Source of the DNA: an uncultured Sangeribacter sp.
Lineage (GTDB): Bacteria; Bacteroidota; Bacteroidia; Bacteroidales; Muribaculaceae
Direction of reading: 5' to 3'
NCBI GenBank assembly: GCA_964515455.1
Contig: CAZEUD010000002.1
Coordinates: 15,430-79,429, forward strand
DNA: 64,000 bases
The translations under genes were made by a program, and so were the position numbers. This document shows, piece after piece, positions 47,729-57,194 of the stretch. Position 1 is the first letter of the stretch. Each line of letters starts with the position of its first letter. The notes beneath the pieces are model-generated. The model was not told where the DNA came from. It ran no database searches and was given only the letters and a program-made list of their open reading frames with translations.

Positions 47729-48874
47729 ATGGAATCCATGAAGGAAGAGATCAAGAAGGTCTTTAAAGAGAGATTTGGTGAGGGTGGAACGCTTTATGCA
47801 TCTGCCGGACGTGTTAACCTTATCGGTGAGCATACCGACTATAACGGAGGATTTGTATTCCCCGGTGCCATTGATAAAGTGATTATGGCTGATATCAAGC
47901 CGAATGGTATGGAGAAGGTGCGTGTTTTCTCCATTGACATAGATGAATATGCAGAGTTAGGACTTAAAGAGGATGAGGCGCCACATCAGGGCTGGGCACG
48001 CTATATCTTCGGTGTGTGCCGCGAAATTCAGAAACGCGGAGGAGATGTGAAAGGATTTGATGCCGTATTCACCGGCAACGTGCCTCTTGGTGCAGGTCTG
48101 TCATCATCTGCAGCCCTTGAGAGCTGTTTCGCATACGCGCTCAATGATATGTTCAACAACAACAAGATCGATAAATTCGAGCTTGCAAAGATTGGACAGA
48201 GCACGGAGCATAATTATTGCGGCGTGAACTGCGGAATTATGGATCAGTTTGCAAGCGTATTCGGACGCAAAGGTAATCTGATGCGTCTGGACTGCCGTTC
48301 CATGGAGTATGAATATTTCCCCTTCAATCCGGAAGGCTACAAGCTTGTGCTTGTTGACTCACGCGTGAAGCATGAACTTAAGGATTCACCCTACAACCGT
48401 CGTCGCGAGAGTTGCGAGCGCGTGGCAAAGCGCCTGGGTATTGACACATTGCGTGATGCCACCATGGAGATGCTTGATGCCGTGAAGAGTGATATTACCG
48501 CTGAAGATTATTTCCGTGCAAAATTTGTAATCGAAGAGAAGCAGCGAGTGCTTGATGTGTGCGATGCCTTGAATGCGGGAGATTATGAAACTGTAGGCAA
48601 GAAGATGTATGAGACACACGATGGTCTTTCAAAAGATTATGAGGTAAGTTGCGAGGAACTCGACTATCTGAATGATATAGCCCGGGAACTGGGCGTTACC
48701 GGTAGCCGAATCATGGGAGGCGGCTTCGGAGGCTGCACCATCAATCTTGTGAAAAATGATCTTCATGACGATTTCATCAAGGTAGTGGTTGAAAAATTCA
48801 AAGACAAATATGGACATGAGCCGAAGATTTACGATGTTGTAATCTCTGACGGTGCCCGTAAAATTGAAGAATAA
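47729..48874 (+). CDS. galK: Galactokinase
   Basis: GRVNLIGEHTDYN, PLGAGLSSSAA, CGIMDQ, GSRIMGGGFGGC; start ATG 47729. Confidence 0.97.
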   Translation: MESMKEEIKKVFKERFGEGGTLYASAGRVNLIGEHTDYNGGFVFPGAIDKVIMADIKPNGMEKVRVFSIDIDEYAELGLKEDEAPHQGWARYIFGVCREIQKRGGDVKGFDAVFTGNVPLGAGLSSSAALESCFAYALNDMFNNNKIDKFELAKIGQSTEHNYCGVNCGIMDQFASVFGRKGNLMRLDCRSMEYEYFPFNPEGYKLVLVDSRVKHELKDSPYNRRRESCERVAKRLGIDTLRDATMEMLDAVKSDITAEDYFRAKFVIEEKQRVLDVCDALNAGDYETVGKKMYETHDGLSKDYEVSCEELDYLNDIARELGVTGSRIMGGGFGGCTINLVKNDLHDDFIKVVVEKFKDKYGHEPKIYDVVISDGARKIEE

Positions 48875-49914
48875 TGGAAGTTACAAAAACACTCCATCCT
48901 TCACCGAAGGGGGAGATTGTATGGTATGAGCTTACCAACGACAATGGGGCAACGGTGGTGCTCTCCAGTCTTGGAGCAGGCATTGTAGAGGTGCGTGTTC
49001 CGGATCGGGATGGAAAGATAGAGAATGTGGCATTAAGCTATGAGACTGCGGCAGACTATATTGCCGATGGTCCGTGCCTTGGCAAATGCCCCGGCAGATA
49101 TGCCAACAGAATCGCGAAAGGGCATCTTGCAATAGGATGCAATGTATATCAGTTGGCAATCAACAATGGATCCAACGCGCTGCACGGAGGTCCCGAAGGT
49201 TTTCAGAATCAGAACTGGGAAGCGGAGGAGATTCCGAGAGGTATCCGGTTCACTTACAAATCAGCGGACGGAGAGGAACATTATCCCGGTAATTTAAAAG
49301 TAACGGCAACATATCATTGGAATGATGACAATGTGTTGACTCTTGATTTTCATGCAGAAACCGACAGGGATACGGTGGTGAATCTTACCAACCATGCGTA
49401 TTGGAATCTTGAAGGTGCTGATGCCGGCAAGGTTTTTGACCATGAAATGAAAATTGCTGCAGAAAAATGGCTTCCAATTGATGAAACACAAATTCCAACA
49501 GGTGAATATGCCGATGTTGCCGGAACTCCTATGGATTTTCGGAAGGCAAAGAAAATAGGAAAGGATATAGAAGCGGATTTCGAGACATTAAAGATAGGCA
49601 AAGGTTACGACCATTGCTGGGTGTTTGATGGATGGGAACCGGGCAAAATGCTGGAGAATGCCGTTGAATTGTATTCCGAAAAGAGCGGCAGGAGGCTTAA
49701 AGTATCCACCGACCAGCCGGGAGTACAAATTTATACCGGCAATTGGCTTGCAGGGTCGCCCAAAAACCGCAGTGGCCGCAGTTATGATGACTATGAGGGG
49801 GTGGCGATAGAGATGCAGGGATTCCCGGATGCACCAAATAAGCAGCAGTTCCCTTCACAGTTGCTGAAAGCCGGGGAGAGCTATGATCGTCAGATACGGT
49901 TTGAGTTCTTGTAA
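48874..49914 (+). CDS. galM: Aldose 1-epimerase (galactose mutarotase)
   Basis: GRYANRIAKG, NALHGG, NLTNHAYWNL, GYDH, Q.YTGN, EMQGFPDAPN. Confidence 0.95.
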   Translation: MEVTKTLHPSPKGEIVWYELTNDNGATVVLSSLGAGIVEVRVPDRDGKIENVALSYETAADYIADGPCLGKCPGRYANRIAKGHLAIGCNVYQLAINNGSNALHGGPEGFQNQNWEAEEIPRGIRFTYKSADGEEHYPGNLKVTATYHWNDDNVLTLDFHAETDRDTVVNLTNHAYWNLEGADAGKVFDHEMKIAAEKWLPIDETQIPTGEYADVAGTPMDFRKAKKIGKDIEADFETLKIGKGYDHCWVFDGWEPGKMLENAVELYSEKSGRRLKVSTDQPGVQIYTGNWLAGSPKNRSGRSYDDYEGVAIEMQGFPDAPNKQQFPSQLLKAGESYDRQIRFEFL

Positions 49915-50810
49915 TGCGGATGATGAGCGAGAAGCTCCGAGCGCAGTCGGGAGCGGTCAAGATGAATGTATATCTCGGTTGTAGATATTGATTCATGACC
50001 GAGCATCTCCTGAATGGCGCGCAGGTTGGCTCCCCCCTCAAGCAGATGAGTGGCAAAAGAGTGTCGCAACGTATGTGGCGACACTTTTTTTTGTATCCCT
50101 GCGGCTGCCGCATGGTCGCGGATTATGTAAAAGACCATGACACGGGTCATCATGTTTCCACGTCGGTTGAGGAAGAGGATATCATGTGCTCCGGGCTTTA
50201 TCTTCAGCCTTTCACGTATTGGCAGATAATCCTTTATAAGACGGATGGAGTCAGGAGAGAGAGGTACAAGACGTTGTTTGTTCCCCTTGCCGGTGATGAT
50301 TACATACCCTTCATCAAGATTGAGGCGTGAAATGCGAAGCTCAACAAGTTCTGACACCCGTAACCCGCTGCCGTATAAAGTCTCGATTATGGCATGATTG
50401 CGAGGCGTTTCATCCTTTTCCGGGTCAAGGGCGGCAATCATAGCATCTATTTCCTCCACGGAAAGCACATCCGGAAGATGCCTGCCAAATTGCGGGGCTT
50501 CAAGAAGTTCGCATGGATCTGTATTGAGGTAATTTTCAAGGCGAAGGAACTTGAAGAAAGACCGGATTCCCGAAATTACGCGAGCTTGTGAACGCGGAGA
50601 GATTCCCAAATCGCGCAAAGTGCAGAGAAATTCATGGAGTGTATCAGTGTCTGTTTCAGTAAGAGAAATGCCACGTGATTCAAGAAATTGAAGCAGATGC
50701 GCGGCATCCATGCCATAACTCTCCTGTGTATGAGAGGATAGACCTCGTTCAAGTATGAGATATCCGGCGAAGTCTGACAAGAGGCGTTCAGTGGAATTTA
50801 AATCACGCAT
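49890..50810 (-). CDS. xerD: Chromosome dimer resolution tyrosine recombinase
   Basis: RSQARVISGIRSFF, LYGSGLRVSEL, GKGNKQRLVP, SPHTLRHSFATHLLEGGANLR, LGHESISTTEIY. Confidence 0.88.
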   Translation of the reverse strand: MRDLNSTERLLSDFAGYLILERGLSSHTQESYGMDAAHLLQFLESRGISLTETDTDTLHEFLCTLRDLGISPRSQARVISGIRSFFKFLRLENYLNTDPCELLEAPQFGRHLPDVLSVEEIDAMIAALDPEKDETPRNHAIIETLYGSGLRVSELVELRISRLNLDEGYVIITGKGNKQRLVPLSPDSIRLIKDYLPIRERLKIKPGAHDILFLNRRGNMMTRVMVFYIIRDHAAAAGIQKKVSPHTLRHSFATHLLEGGANLRAIQEMLGHESISTTEIYIHLDRSRLRSELLAHHPHYKNSNRI

Positions 50811-50815
50811 AAATC

Positions 50816-51376
50816 CTATATTGAGGACAGATAAGAGAGTTTCTGCATATGAGGTCTTGAAAACAGAATGATATTGCTGCGTCCTTCAAGCATTAGTCCT
50901 TCTTTCATTGAATCGAAAAGAGCGGTGCGCCAGTCGGGAGGGCAATTTCTAATCATCAGGGTCTTCCCCGGAGTAGAGATAAAATCCTTAAGGGATTGAA
51001 GCGAAATGTCTTCGCCGGCATCCATAGCTGCCATGTCGCACTCTTTCATGTGATTGGCATTATGACAGATACGCATACCTGAGTAAGCCCCTTTAAGAGC
51101 TGCGATGAATGGTTCCGGCGTCTTTTTTGAGATGAATGTGCTGTGGGCCCCAATAATCGCTGAAAACCTTAACAGCAAACGAGCATCCTTTTCGAATTCA
51201 AGATTTCGGCTTTTTCGACACACGCGTTTAATTTCCGTATATCCATAATAAGCATATTCATCCTTAAGCCTTATCGCATCAGTAATGATGCGATAGGCAA
51301 AAGGTGAATGCACTCCGAAACCTCGGGAATGTCTCCATCGGGTAAGAGTTGTATTGTCAAGCAGACTCCTGTTCAT
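50816..51376 (-). CDS. Conserved Bacteroidales hypothetical protein
   Basis: RWRHSRGFGVHSPFAY N-terminal motif; no clear SAM-binding glycine loop. Confidence 0.6.
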   Translation of the reverse strand: MNRSLLDNTTLTRWRHSRGFGVHSPFAYRIITDAIRLKDEYAYYGYTEIKRVCRKSRNLEFEKDARLLLRFSAIIGAHSTFISKKTPEPFIAALKGAYSGMRICHNANHMKECDMAAMDAGEDISLQSLKDFISTPGKTLMIRNCPPDWRTALFDSMKEGLMLEGRSNIILFSRPHMQKLSYLSSI

Positions 51377-53825
51377 TTGTAACAGCCGGCTTTTTTCTAA
51401 TGGTTATGAAGAGGGCAATGAGGATAAGAAGGTAGATTACAGCTACAGATGCTACCGAGATAGTGTTAGTTACGCGTACAGATTTAGGGTCGAACCTGAA
51501 AGATATGGTATGTTCACCTGCCGGAATCTGCAATGCGCGGAGCACATAATTCACCCTGCCGATATCTGCCGGCTTACCATCAATAGTAGCTGTCCAGCCC
51601 CAAGGGAAATAAATCTCGCTGAACACAGCAAGTCCTCCTTGTTGCGATCTGGCTTTGTAAGTCAATGCATTTGGCGCGTATGAGGTTTCGTAGATGGTAT
51701 CTCCTGCCGCTTTAACTGATGCGTTACCGAGAATTTTCTCAAATTTTTTGTCAGCCACGGCTGCGCGTGCCGTGTTCAGCGAATCGAGAGCTGACATTTC
51801 GCTGTCGGCATTGGCAACATAAAATAAAGTATCAACGAACCAAGCGTTTCCAAGGGCATCAGGATTCTGCTGATATTGGTCACCTGAAAGGAAATACTTT
51901 GTATTGAGCATATTCAACACTCCCATATTCCCTTTGGAAATCTGGCGGTCAAGCAGGTCGTTGTAGCGTGTTAGTTTTGCGGCATGATACCCTCCGATAG
52001 TCTTGTGGAAATATGAGGAGCGGGCTTGATATAACCCCGGCACGTCATAGACCCGATAGTTGGTGGTGTCACGGAGGATAGCCTCATCGGCAGCTGTTTT
52101 ATTGAATGTGGTTTCATCAAGAGACGGACGTGTGAAATTTTCAGAGTTCACATATCTTTTGCCCACGGAGAAAAGGTCTATGAGCATAACTGCTGACAAC
52201 ATGCATACAAACACTGCATGGTTTGAAATCACTTTTTTGAGGTACAAGAAGATTACCAGACCTCCCAGGATTATGAATACCAAAGATCTCAGGGAGTCTG
52301 CGCTCACCAGAGACAGGCGCGTTTCCCGGATAGCACTCAGTATGTTGTAATATTGCGGGTTTGCGAAGATTCCGGCTTGCTGCAGTTGGGAAACTTCCGA
52401 AGCGCTGAAAGGATCGCCGAAGATAGAAGGAGACACCCAGCCTAAGAAACATATAAGGATTCCAACACCGAACACTGTATATAGCACCCGTCCGAATCGT
52501 TCGAGATAATTCTCAGTCTTGAGCATCTTGCGCAAAGCCATGATTGCGAGCAGAGGAATAGTAAATTCCACAATCACCAGAATGCTTGAAACAGCGCGGA
52601 ACTTATTATATCCCGGAAAATTATCGATGAAGAAATCAGTGAATGCGGGGAAATTATGACCCCAGGACAGGAGTATTGCAAGCAGTGACACAGCAAAGAG
52701 AGCCCATTTTACGGATCCTTCAACCGTAAAAAGTGCAAGTATGGCGAGAAGCAACACGAACGCACCGACATACACAGGACCGTTGGTCATCGGCTGGTCG
52801 CCGAAATATTGGGGAAATTGGGCGAGGAATTGGAGCTCTTCCGGACTGAGAGGTATATCATCCGCCTTGTCAGTTTCGGCAAGTGAAAGCAGCTGCGTTT
52901 CTCCGGCCACCGGTTTGATGGTGGCGCCCCCCTTCACATTAGGGATAAGCAGGGAGAATGTTTCATCAAGCCCATAGCTCCATGCTGTGATGGCATCGCG
53001 GCTCATTCCTCCGGTATCCGCCCCCGGGGGAGGAGTGAGGTCGGTGGCTCGTCCGCGCACAGTTTCTTTTGCATATTCATAAGAATTATAGAGACTTGCG
53101 GAGTTTGCCCCTACTGCCAAAATGCCGGCAAACAAGATACCGGCTGTTGCTATACACCATTGTTTTATATTATGTTTTCGAATAGCATTGCAGAGCCATG
53201 CCATTACCAGAGCGAATATCACAAAGAGGAAATAATATGACATCTGGGGATGGTTGCTCTGCAGCTGGAGAGCACCGAACAAAGCGGCGAGTGCTGCACC
53301 GGATGTGTATTTGCCTCTATAGCAGAGGGCAATACCACCGATGGTAGGAGGAATATAGGCAAGTGTTATAAATTTCCATATATGTCCGGCTCCGATAATG
53401 ATGATAAAATATGAAGAGAAGCCCCACGCCAGAGATGCGAACAGTGCATTGTACCATTTAAATCTCAGGCACAGGCACATAATGAAGAAGCCGAACATCA
53501 TGGCAAACAAGAGATTGGCAGGAGAAGGGAGCCAGAGTGTATAGACTTTCCAAATCCAGTCGATAGCTTTCCCGGCAGGATATGAGGGTGCTATCTGGAA
53601 ATTAGGCATTCCTCCAAACAGAGAGTCGGTCCAGCGGGTTGTTTCGCCGGTGGCTTCATGAAATGCTTTTCCTTCCTGACCGTTGGCAAGTCCTTGTTGG
53701 ATATCGTGCTGCTGGAGCACATTCCCCTCTATATCGTCAGGGAAGAAAAAAATAAAGGCCGTGAGGGCAAGTAATGCCACGACCAATAAAGAGAATAAAG
53801 TCTTGTCAGAAAATTTGAATTTCAT
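51357..53825 (-). CDS. YfhO family polytopic membrane protein (GT-C like)
   Basis: QHDIQQG, WTDSLFGGMP, HPQMSYY, GPVYVG, YNKFRAV, SEIYFPWGW; start ATG 53825. Confidence 0.88.
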   Translation of the reverse strand: MKFKFSDKTLFSLLVVALLALTAFIFFFPDDIEGNVLQQHDIQQGLANGQEGKAFHEATGETTRWTDSLFGGMPNFQIAPSYPAGKAIDWIWKVYTLWLPSPANLLFAMMFGFFIMCLCLRFKWYNALFASLAWGFSSYFIIIIGAGHIWKFITLAYIPPTIGGIALCYRGKYTSGAALAALFGALQLQSNHPQMSYYFLFVIFALVMAWLCNAIRKHNIKQWCIATAGILFAGILAVGANSASLYNSYEYAKETVRGRATDLTPPPGADTGGMSRDAITAWSYGLDETFSLLIPNVKGGATIKPVAGETQLLSLAETDKADDIPLSPEELQFLAQFPQYFGDQPMTNGPVYVGAFVLLLAILALFTVEGSVKWALFAVSLLAILLSWGHNFPAFTDFFIDNFPGYNKFRAVSSILVIVEFTIPLLAIMALRKMLKTENYLERFGRVLYTVFGVGILICFLGWVSPSIFGDPFSASEVSQLQQAGIFANPQYYNILSAIRETRLSLVSADSLRSLVFIILGGLVIFLYLKKVISNHAVFVCMLSAVMLIDLFSVGKRYVNSENFTRPSLDETTFNKTAADEAILRDTTNYRVYDVPGLYQARSSYFHKTIGGYHAAKLTRYNDLLDRQISKGNMGVLNMLNTKYFLSGDQYQQNPDALGNAWFVDTLFYVANADSEMSALDSLNTARAAVADKKFEKILGNASVKAAGDTIYETSYAPNALTYKARSQQGGLAVFSEIYFPWGWTATIDGKPADIGRVNYVLRALQIPAGEHTISFRFDPKSVRVTNTISVASVAVIYLLILIALFITIRKKPAVTNEQESA

Positions 53826-53850
53826 AAAGGGTTTATTAAATGTTAGATAA

Positions 53851-54339
53851 CTATTCCTCCACATCGTTGGGAGTCGAATTGTCAACATCCACTTGAATCT
53901 GTCGGTTCATGCTCTGTTCAAGGGAGATAAGTGTTTCAGTTTCAGTAACTCCGGGGATATGCTGTATGCGGTCATTGAGAAGCTCCATAAGATGCTGGTT
54001 ATCGTGAGCATAAACCTTAATAAGCATTGAGTAGGGTCCGGTGGTAAAATGACATTCCACCACTTCCGGAATCTTGTCGATCTTTTTTACAACATCGCGA
54101 TACAAAGATCCCTTTTCAAGGCGAACGCCGACATAAGTGCAGGTGTTGAAGCCGAGGGAGTGGGGATTGACGATATATCCGGAGCCTATAATCACCTTCA
54201 TGTCAATCAGACGCTGTATGCGCTGATGAATGGCGGCACGAGATACTCCGCATTGCACGGCAACATCTTTGGAGGGGATGCGTGCATTTTGCATTATGAT
54301 GTTCAGAATTTTTCTGTCAAGGTTGTCAATTTTGTCCAT
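53851..54339 (-). CDS. Lrp/AsnC family transcriptional regulator
   Basis: MDKIDNLDRKIL, NARIP...VA...GVS HTH, PEVVECHFTTGPY; start ATG 54339. Confidence 0.93.
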   Translation of the reverse strand: MDKIDNLDRKILNIIMQNARIPSKDVAVQCGVSRAAIHQRIQRLIDMKVIIGSGYIVNPHSLGFNTCTYVGVRLEKGSLYRDVVKKIDKIPEVVECHFTTGPYSMLIKVYAHDNQHLMELLNDRIQHIPGVTETETLISLEQSMNRQIQVDVDNSTPNDVEE

Positions 54340-54624
54340 GGTTAGATTTTGATGTTGAGAAATTATTAATATAGATTGATAGGTTGTTTTAACAATATTC
54401 TTATTGTGCGAAATTATAACAAATTTATAATAAAAACAAAAATTTTTAAATAAAATGGCAATATCTGCCTCGAATTTACATGTCAATAGTTAAATTAACC
54501 TTACAAAATGTCAGAATGATGAATTCCTCAAAGATGGTAAACGCAGGGGTACAGATACAAAGTGATTCTCTAAAAATTTAGCAATGTTTAAGATTATTTA
54601 TTAGGGAATGCGGATAAATTTGAT

Positions 54625-54632
54625 TATTTTTG
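54625..54632 (+). promoter_or_regulatory. -7 element (TATTTTTG) for the parAB operon
   Basis: TAnnTTTG match 76 nt before the parA ATG. Confidence 0.5.
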
Positions 54633-54707
54633 CAAATTAAAGGGACTCTCAGCGTTATTGGAAGAGGGTTTCTGATATGTAAAAACTTGAATTCTCAATT
54701 AATCCGA

Positions 54708-55493
54708 ATGGGAAAGATCATAGCAATAGCCAATCAGAAAGGGGGCGTGGGTAAGACTACGACAGCTTTCAATCTGGGCGCATGTCTGGCTGTGGCAGGT
54801 AAAAAAGTGCTTCTTGTAGATGCGGATCCGCAGGCAAATGCCACTTCGGGAATTGGCATGGAGCCACAGGCTTCAGATGCCACCGTCTATGAGTGTCTTG
54901 TGGACGGATATCCGGCTTCAGATGCCATCATGCATTCATCGGTAGACAAGCTCGATATCATTTGTTCGCGCATAGATCTTGTAGGGGCGGAAGTGGAGCT
55001 GATGAACCGGAAGGAGCGCGAGCGCATACTCCAGCGTCTTTTGGCGCCGGTCAAAGAGAAATATGACTATATTCTCATAGACTGTTCCCCATCGTTGGGA
55101 GTGATTACGGTAAATGCACTGACAGCAGCAGATTCGGTATTGATACCGGTGCAGGCAGAATATTTCGCTCTGGAGGGAATTTCGCAGTTGTTGAATACTA
55201 TACGTATAATAAAGAGCAGGTTAAGTCCGAATCTTGAGATTGAGGGTTTCCTGCTTACAATGTATGATGCCCGTCTGCGACTCGCAAATCAGATTTATGA
55301 AGAGCTTAAGGGGCATTTCGGGAAGATGGTGTTTGACACGGTGATACCGCGAAACATCCGACTGTCGGAGTCGCCGAGTCATGGTCTTCCGGCAATCCTG
55401 TATGACCCTGATTCAAGAGGAGCTATTGCGTATGTGCAGCTGGCAAAGGAATTGCAGCTCCGCAATAAGAAGATAGCGGTTCGCAAGAATTGA
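54708..55493 (+). CDS. parA: ParA/Soj chromosome partitioning ATPase
   Basis: NQKGGVGKTTT, DADPQANAT, IDCSPSLG, PVQAEYFALEG; start ATG 54708. Confidence 0.97.
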   Translation: MGKIIAIANQKGGVGKTTTAFNLGACLAVAGKKVLLVDADPQANATSGIGMEPQASDATVYECLVDGYPASDAIMHSSVDKLDIICSRIDLVGAEVELMNRKERERILQRLLAPVKEKYDYILIDCSPSLGVITVNALTAADSVLIPVQAEYFALEGISQLLNTIRIIKSRLSPNLEIEGFLLTMYDARLRLANQIYEELKGHFGKMVFDTVIPRNIRLSESPSHGLPAILYDPDSRGAIAYVQLAKELQLRNKKIAVRKN

Positions 55494-55521
55494 AAACAAA
55501 AAACAAAAACTGAAGACTAAC

Positions 55522-56397
55522 TTGGCAACAAAGAGAAATGCATTGGGACGCGGGCTTGACTCGCTGATTTCAATGGGAGATATAAGAACAGAAGGCAGTT
55601 CGGCTATTTCCGAGATAGATATAGACCGAATTCAGCCAAATCCGGATCAGCCACGGCGCACATTTGATGAGAACACCCTTGCGGAGCTTGCCACTTCCAT
55701 ACGTGAACTCGGGGTGGTGCAGCCTCTGACTTTGCGCGATAGCGGAGACGGCAAGTATCAGATTATAGCAGGTGAAAGGCGTTGGAGGGCCGCCCGTATC
55801 GCCGGGTTGACAAGTGTGCCCGCCTATGTTCGCACGGTATCTGATTCGGAGATGACAGAGATGGCGCTTATAGAGAATATACAGCGTGAGGATCTGAATG
55901 CTATAGAAGTGGCTTTGAGTTTTAAGAAATTGATTGATACATATAACCTTACCCAGGAGCGTCTGTCGGAGCGTCTTGGCAAGAACAGAGCCACGATAGC
56001 CAATCATTTGCGTTTGCTGCGCCTTCCTGCCGAGATACAGCTCGGACTCCGCGACCGCAAATTGGATATGGGACATGCCCGGGCAATCTTAGCTGTGGAT
56101 GATCCAAAGATTCAGCTTAGCCTCTACAAAAGAGTGCTGAAAGAGGGTTTATCGGTACGCGCTGTGGAGGAATTGGGCAGAAAACTTGCCGAAACGGCAA
56201 ATGCAGAACGCCCGCCTGTTTCCAAAAACGTCAAATCCGAAGATATAAAGGTGCTGGAAAAGAGTATATCCGGTTATTTCAAAGTGCCGGTGTCTGTAAC
56301 CCGCACCAAGGGAGGCAAAGGATCCGTTACTTTTAAATTCTCCTCCGATGATGAATTGTATCAGCTGGTGAAATCCTTTGAGTCAATCAAAAATTGA
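55522..56397 (+). CDS. parB: ParB/Spo0J partition protein
   Basis: ALGRGLDSL, NPDQPRRTF, IIAGERRWRA, ENIQREDLN, HTH; TTG start. Confidence 0.97.
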   Translation: MATKRNALGRGLDSLISMGDIRTEGSSAISEIDIDRIQPNPDQPRRTFDENTLAELATSIRELGVVQPLTLRDSGDGKYQIIAGERRWRAARIAGLTSVPAYVRTVSDSEMTEMALIENIQREDLNAIEVALSFKKLIDTYNLTQERLSERLGKNRATIANHLRLLRLPAEIQLGLRDRKLDMGHARAILAVDDPKIQLSLYKRVLKEGLSVRAVEELGRKLAETANAERPPVSKNVKSEDIKVLEKSISGYFKVPVSVTRTKGGKGSVTFKFSSDDELYQLVKSFESIKN

Positions 56398-56417
56398 GAA
56401 TCAGGAACAATATAAAT

Positions 56418-57164
56418 ATGGAGCAGAGGAGGGATATAAGCAAGTTGGAGCGCGGGTTGATAGCCTTGTTGTGTCTTATTATGCTTTTCCCTTTTGACTA
56501 TCTGACGCTTAAGGCTAATGCCCGGTGTGTGGATACCAAACCATTGAGTCAGGATTCCACAGTTTATGTTGATGCGGAGGTGCTCGTAAAGGCCGGGGAG
56601 GTTACTGACTCCATTCCGCCAACAGAGGTTGTTGCTGATGATTATCCCTATGGACTTGATGGGAAAAAGATATTCAATCCCTCTCCGGAAAGAGCAATAT
56701 GGCTGTCTGCATTATGTCCGGGATTAGGGCAGATATACAACCGCAGATTCTGGAAGTTGCCGATTGTGGTTGGAGGATTCATGGGACTTGGATATGCCAC
56801 GAGCTGGAACAATAACCAGTATCAGGCTTATGTGCAGGGATACCGCGACCTTACCGACAGCGATCCTTCCACAAAAAGTTATCTTGACTTCTTCCCTTCG
56901 ACTGTGGATGAAAGTTCGCTTGACACGGCGTGGCTGCAACGCACATTCAAGAGCCGCAAGGATTATTTCCGGCGTTATCGTGATTTATGTATAATCTGTC
57001 TGGTAGCCTTTTATCTTGTGTGCATGCTGGATGCCTATATTGACGCCTCAATGGCACATTTTGATATTTCAGAGAATCTCTCTCTTGATCTGACTCCTGC
57101 ATTGCTGACTCAGCCCGATTCGCGACGACCGGCTTTAGGTCTCAATTGGGCCTTTACTTTTTAA
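56418..57164 (+). CDS. DUF5683 domain protein
   Basis: PSPERAIWLSALCPGLGQIYNRRFWKLPIVVGG, DAYIDA, HFDIS; start is uncertain (56394-56418). Confidence 0.82.
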   Translation: MEQRRDISKLERGLIALLCLIMLFPFDYLTLKANARCVDTKPLSQDSTVYVDAEVLVKAGEVTDSIPPTEVVADDYPYGLDGKKIFNPSPERAIWLSALCPGLGQIYNRRFWKLPIVVGGFMGLGYATSWNNNQYQAYVQGYRDLTDSDPSTKSYLDFFPSTVDESSLDTAWLQRTFKSRKDYFRRYRDLCIICLVAFYLVCMLDAYIDASMAHFDISENLSLDLTPALLTQPDSRRPALGLNWAFTF

Positions 57165-57194
57165 ACTGACCGCAAGGTGAAATACGAAACGGAT

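Noticed and set aside
49890-50810. Tyrosine recombinase as a mobile-element integrase or promoter invertase
   Set aside because: Length and motifs match housekeeping XerD, GC is host-like, and no flanking inverted repeats were seen.
53826-54486. Apparent overlap of the yfhO and lrp ORFs, and N-terminal extensions in the ORF track (also lysS, galK, parA, trpS, MATE, DUF2752)
   Set aside because: These are artefacts of longest-ORF calling; downstream starts fit the family N-termini and the promoter positions.
54340-54707. parS site, oriC or riboswitch upstream of parAB
   Set aside because: There is no TGTTTCACGTGAAACA-like palindrome, DnaA-box cluster or recognisable RNA motif; the region is just AT-rich divergent promoter DNA.
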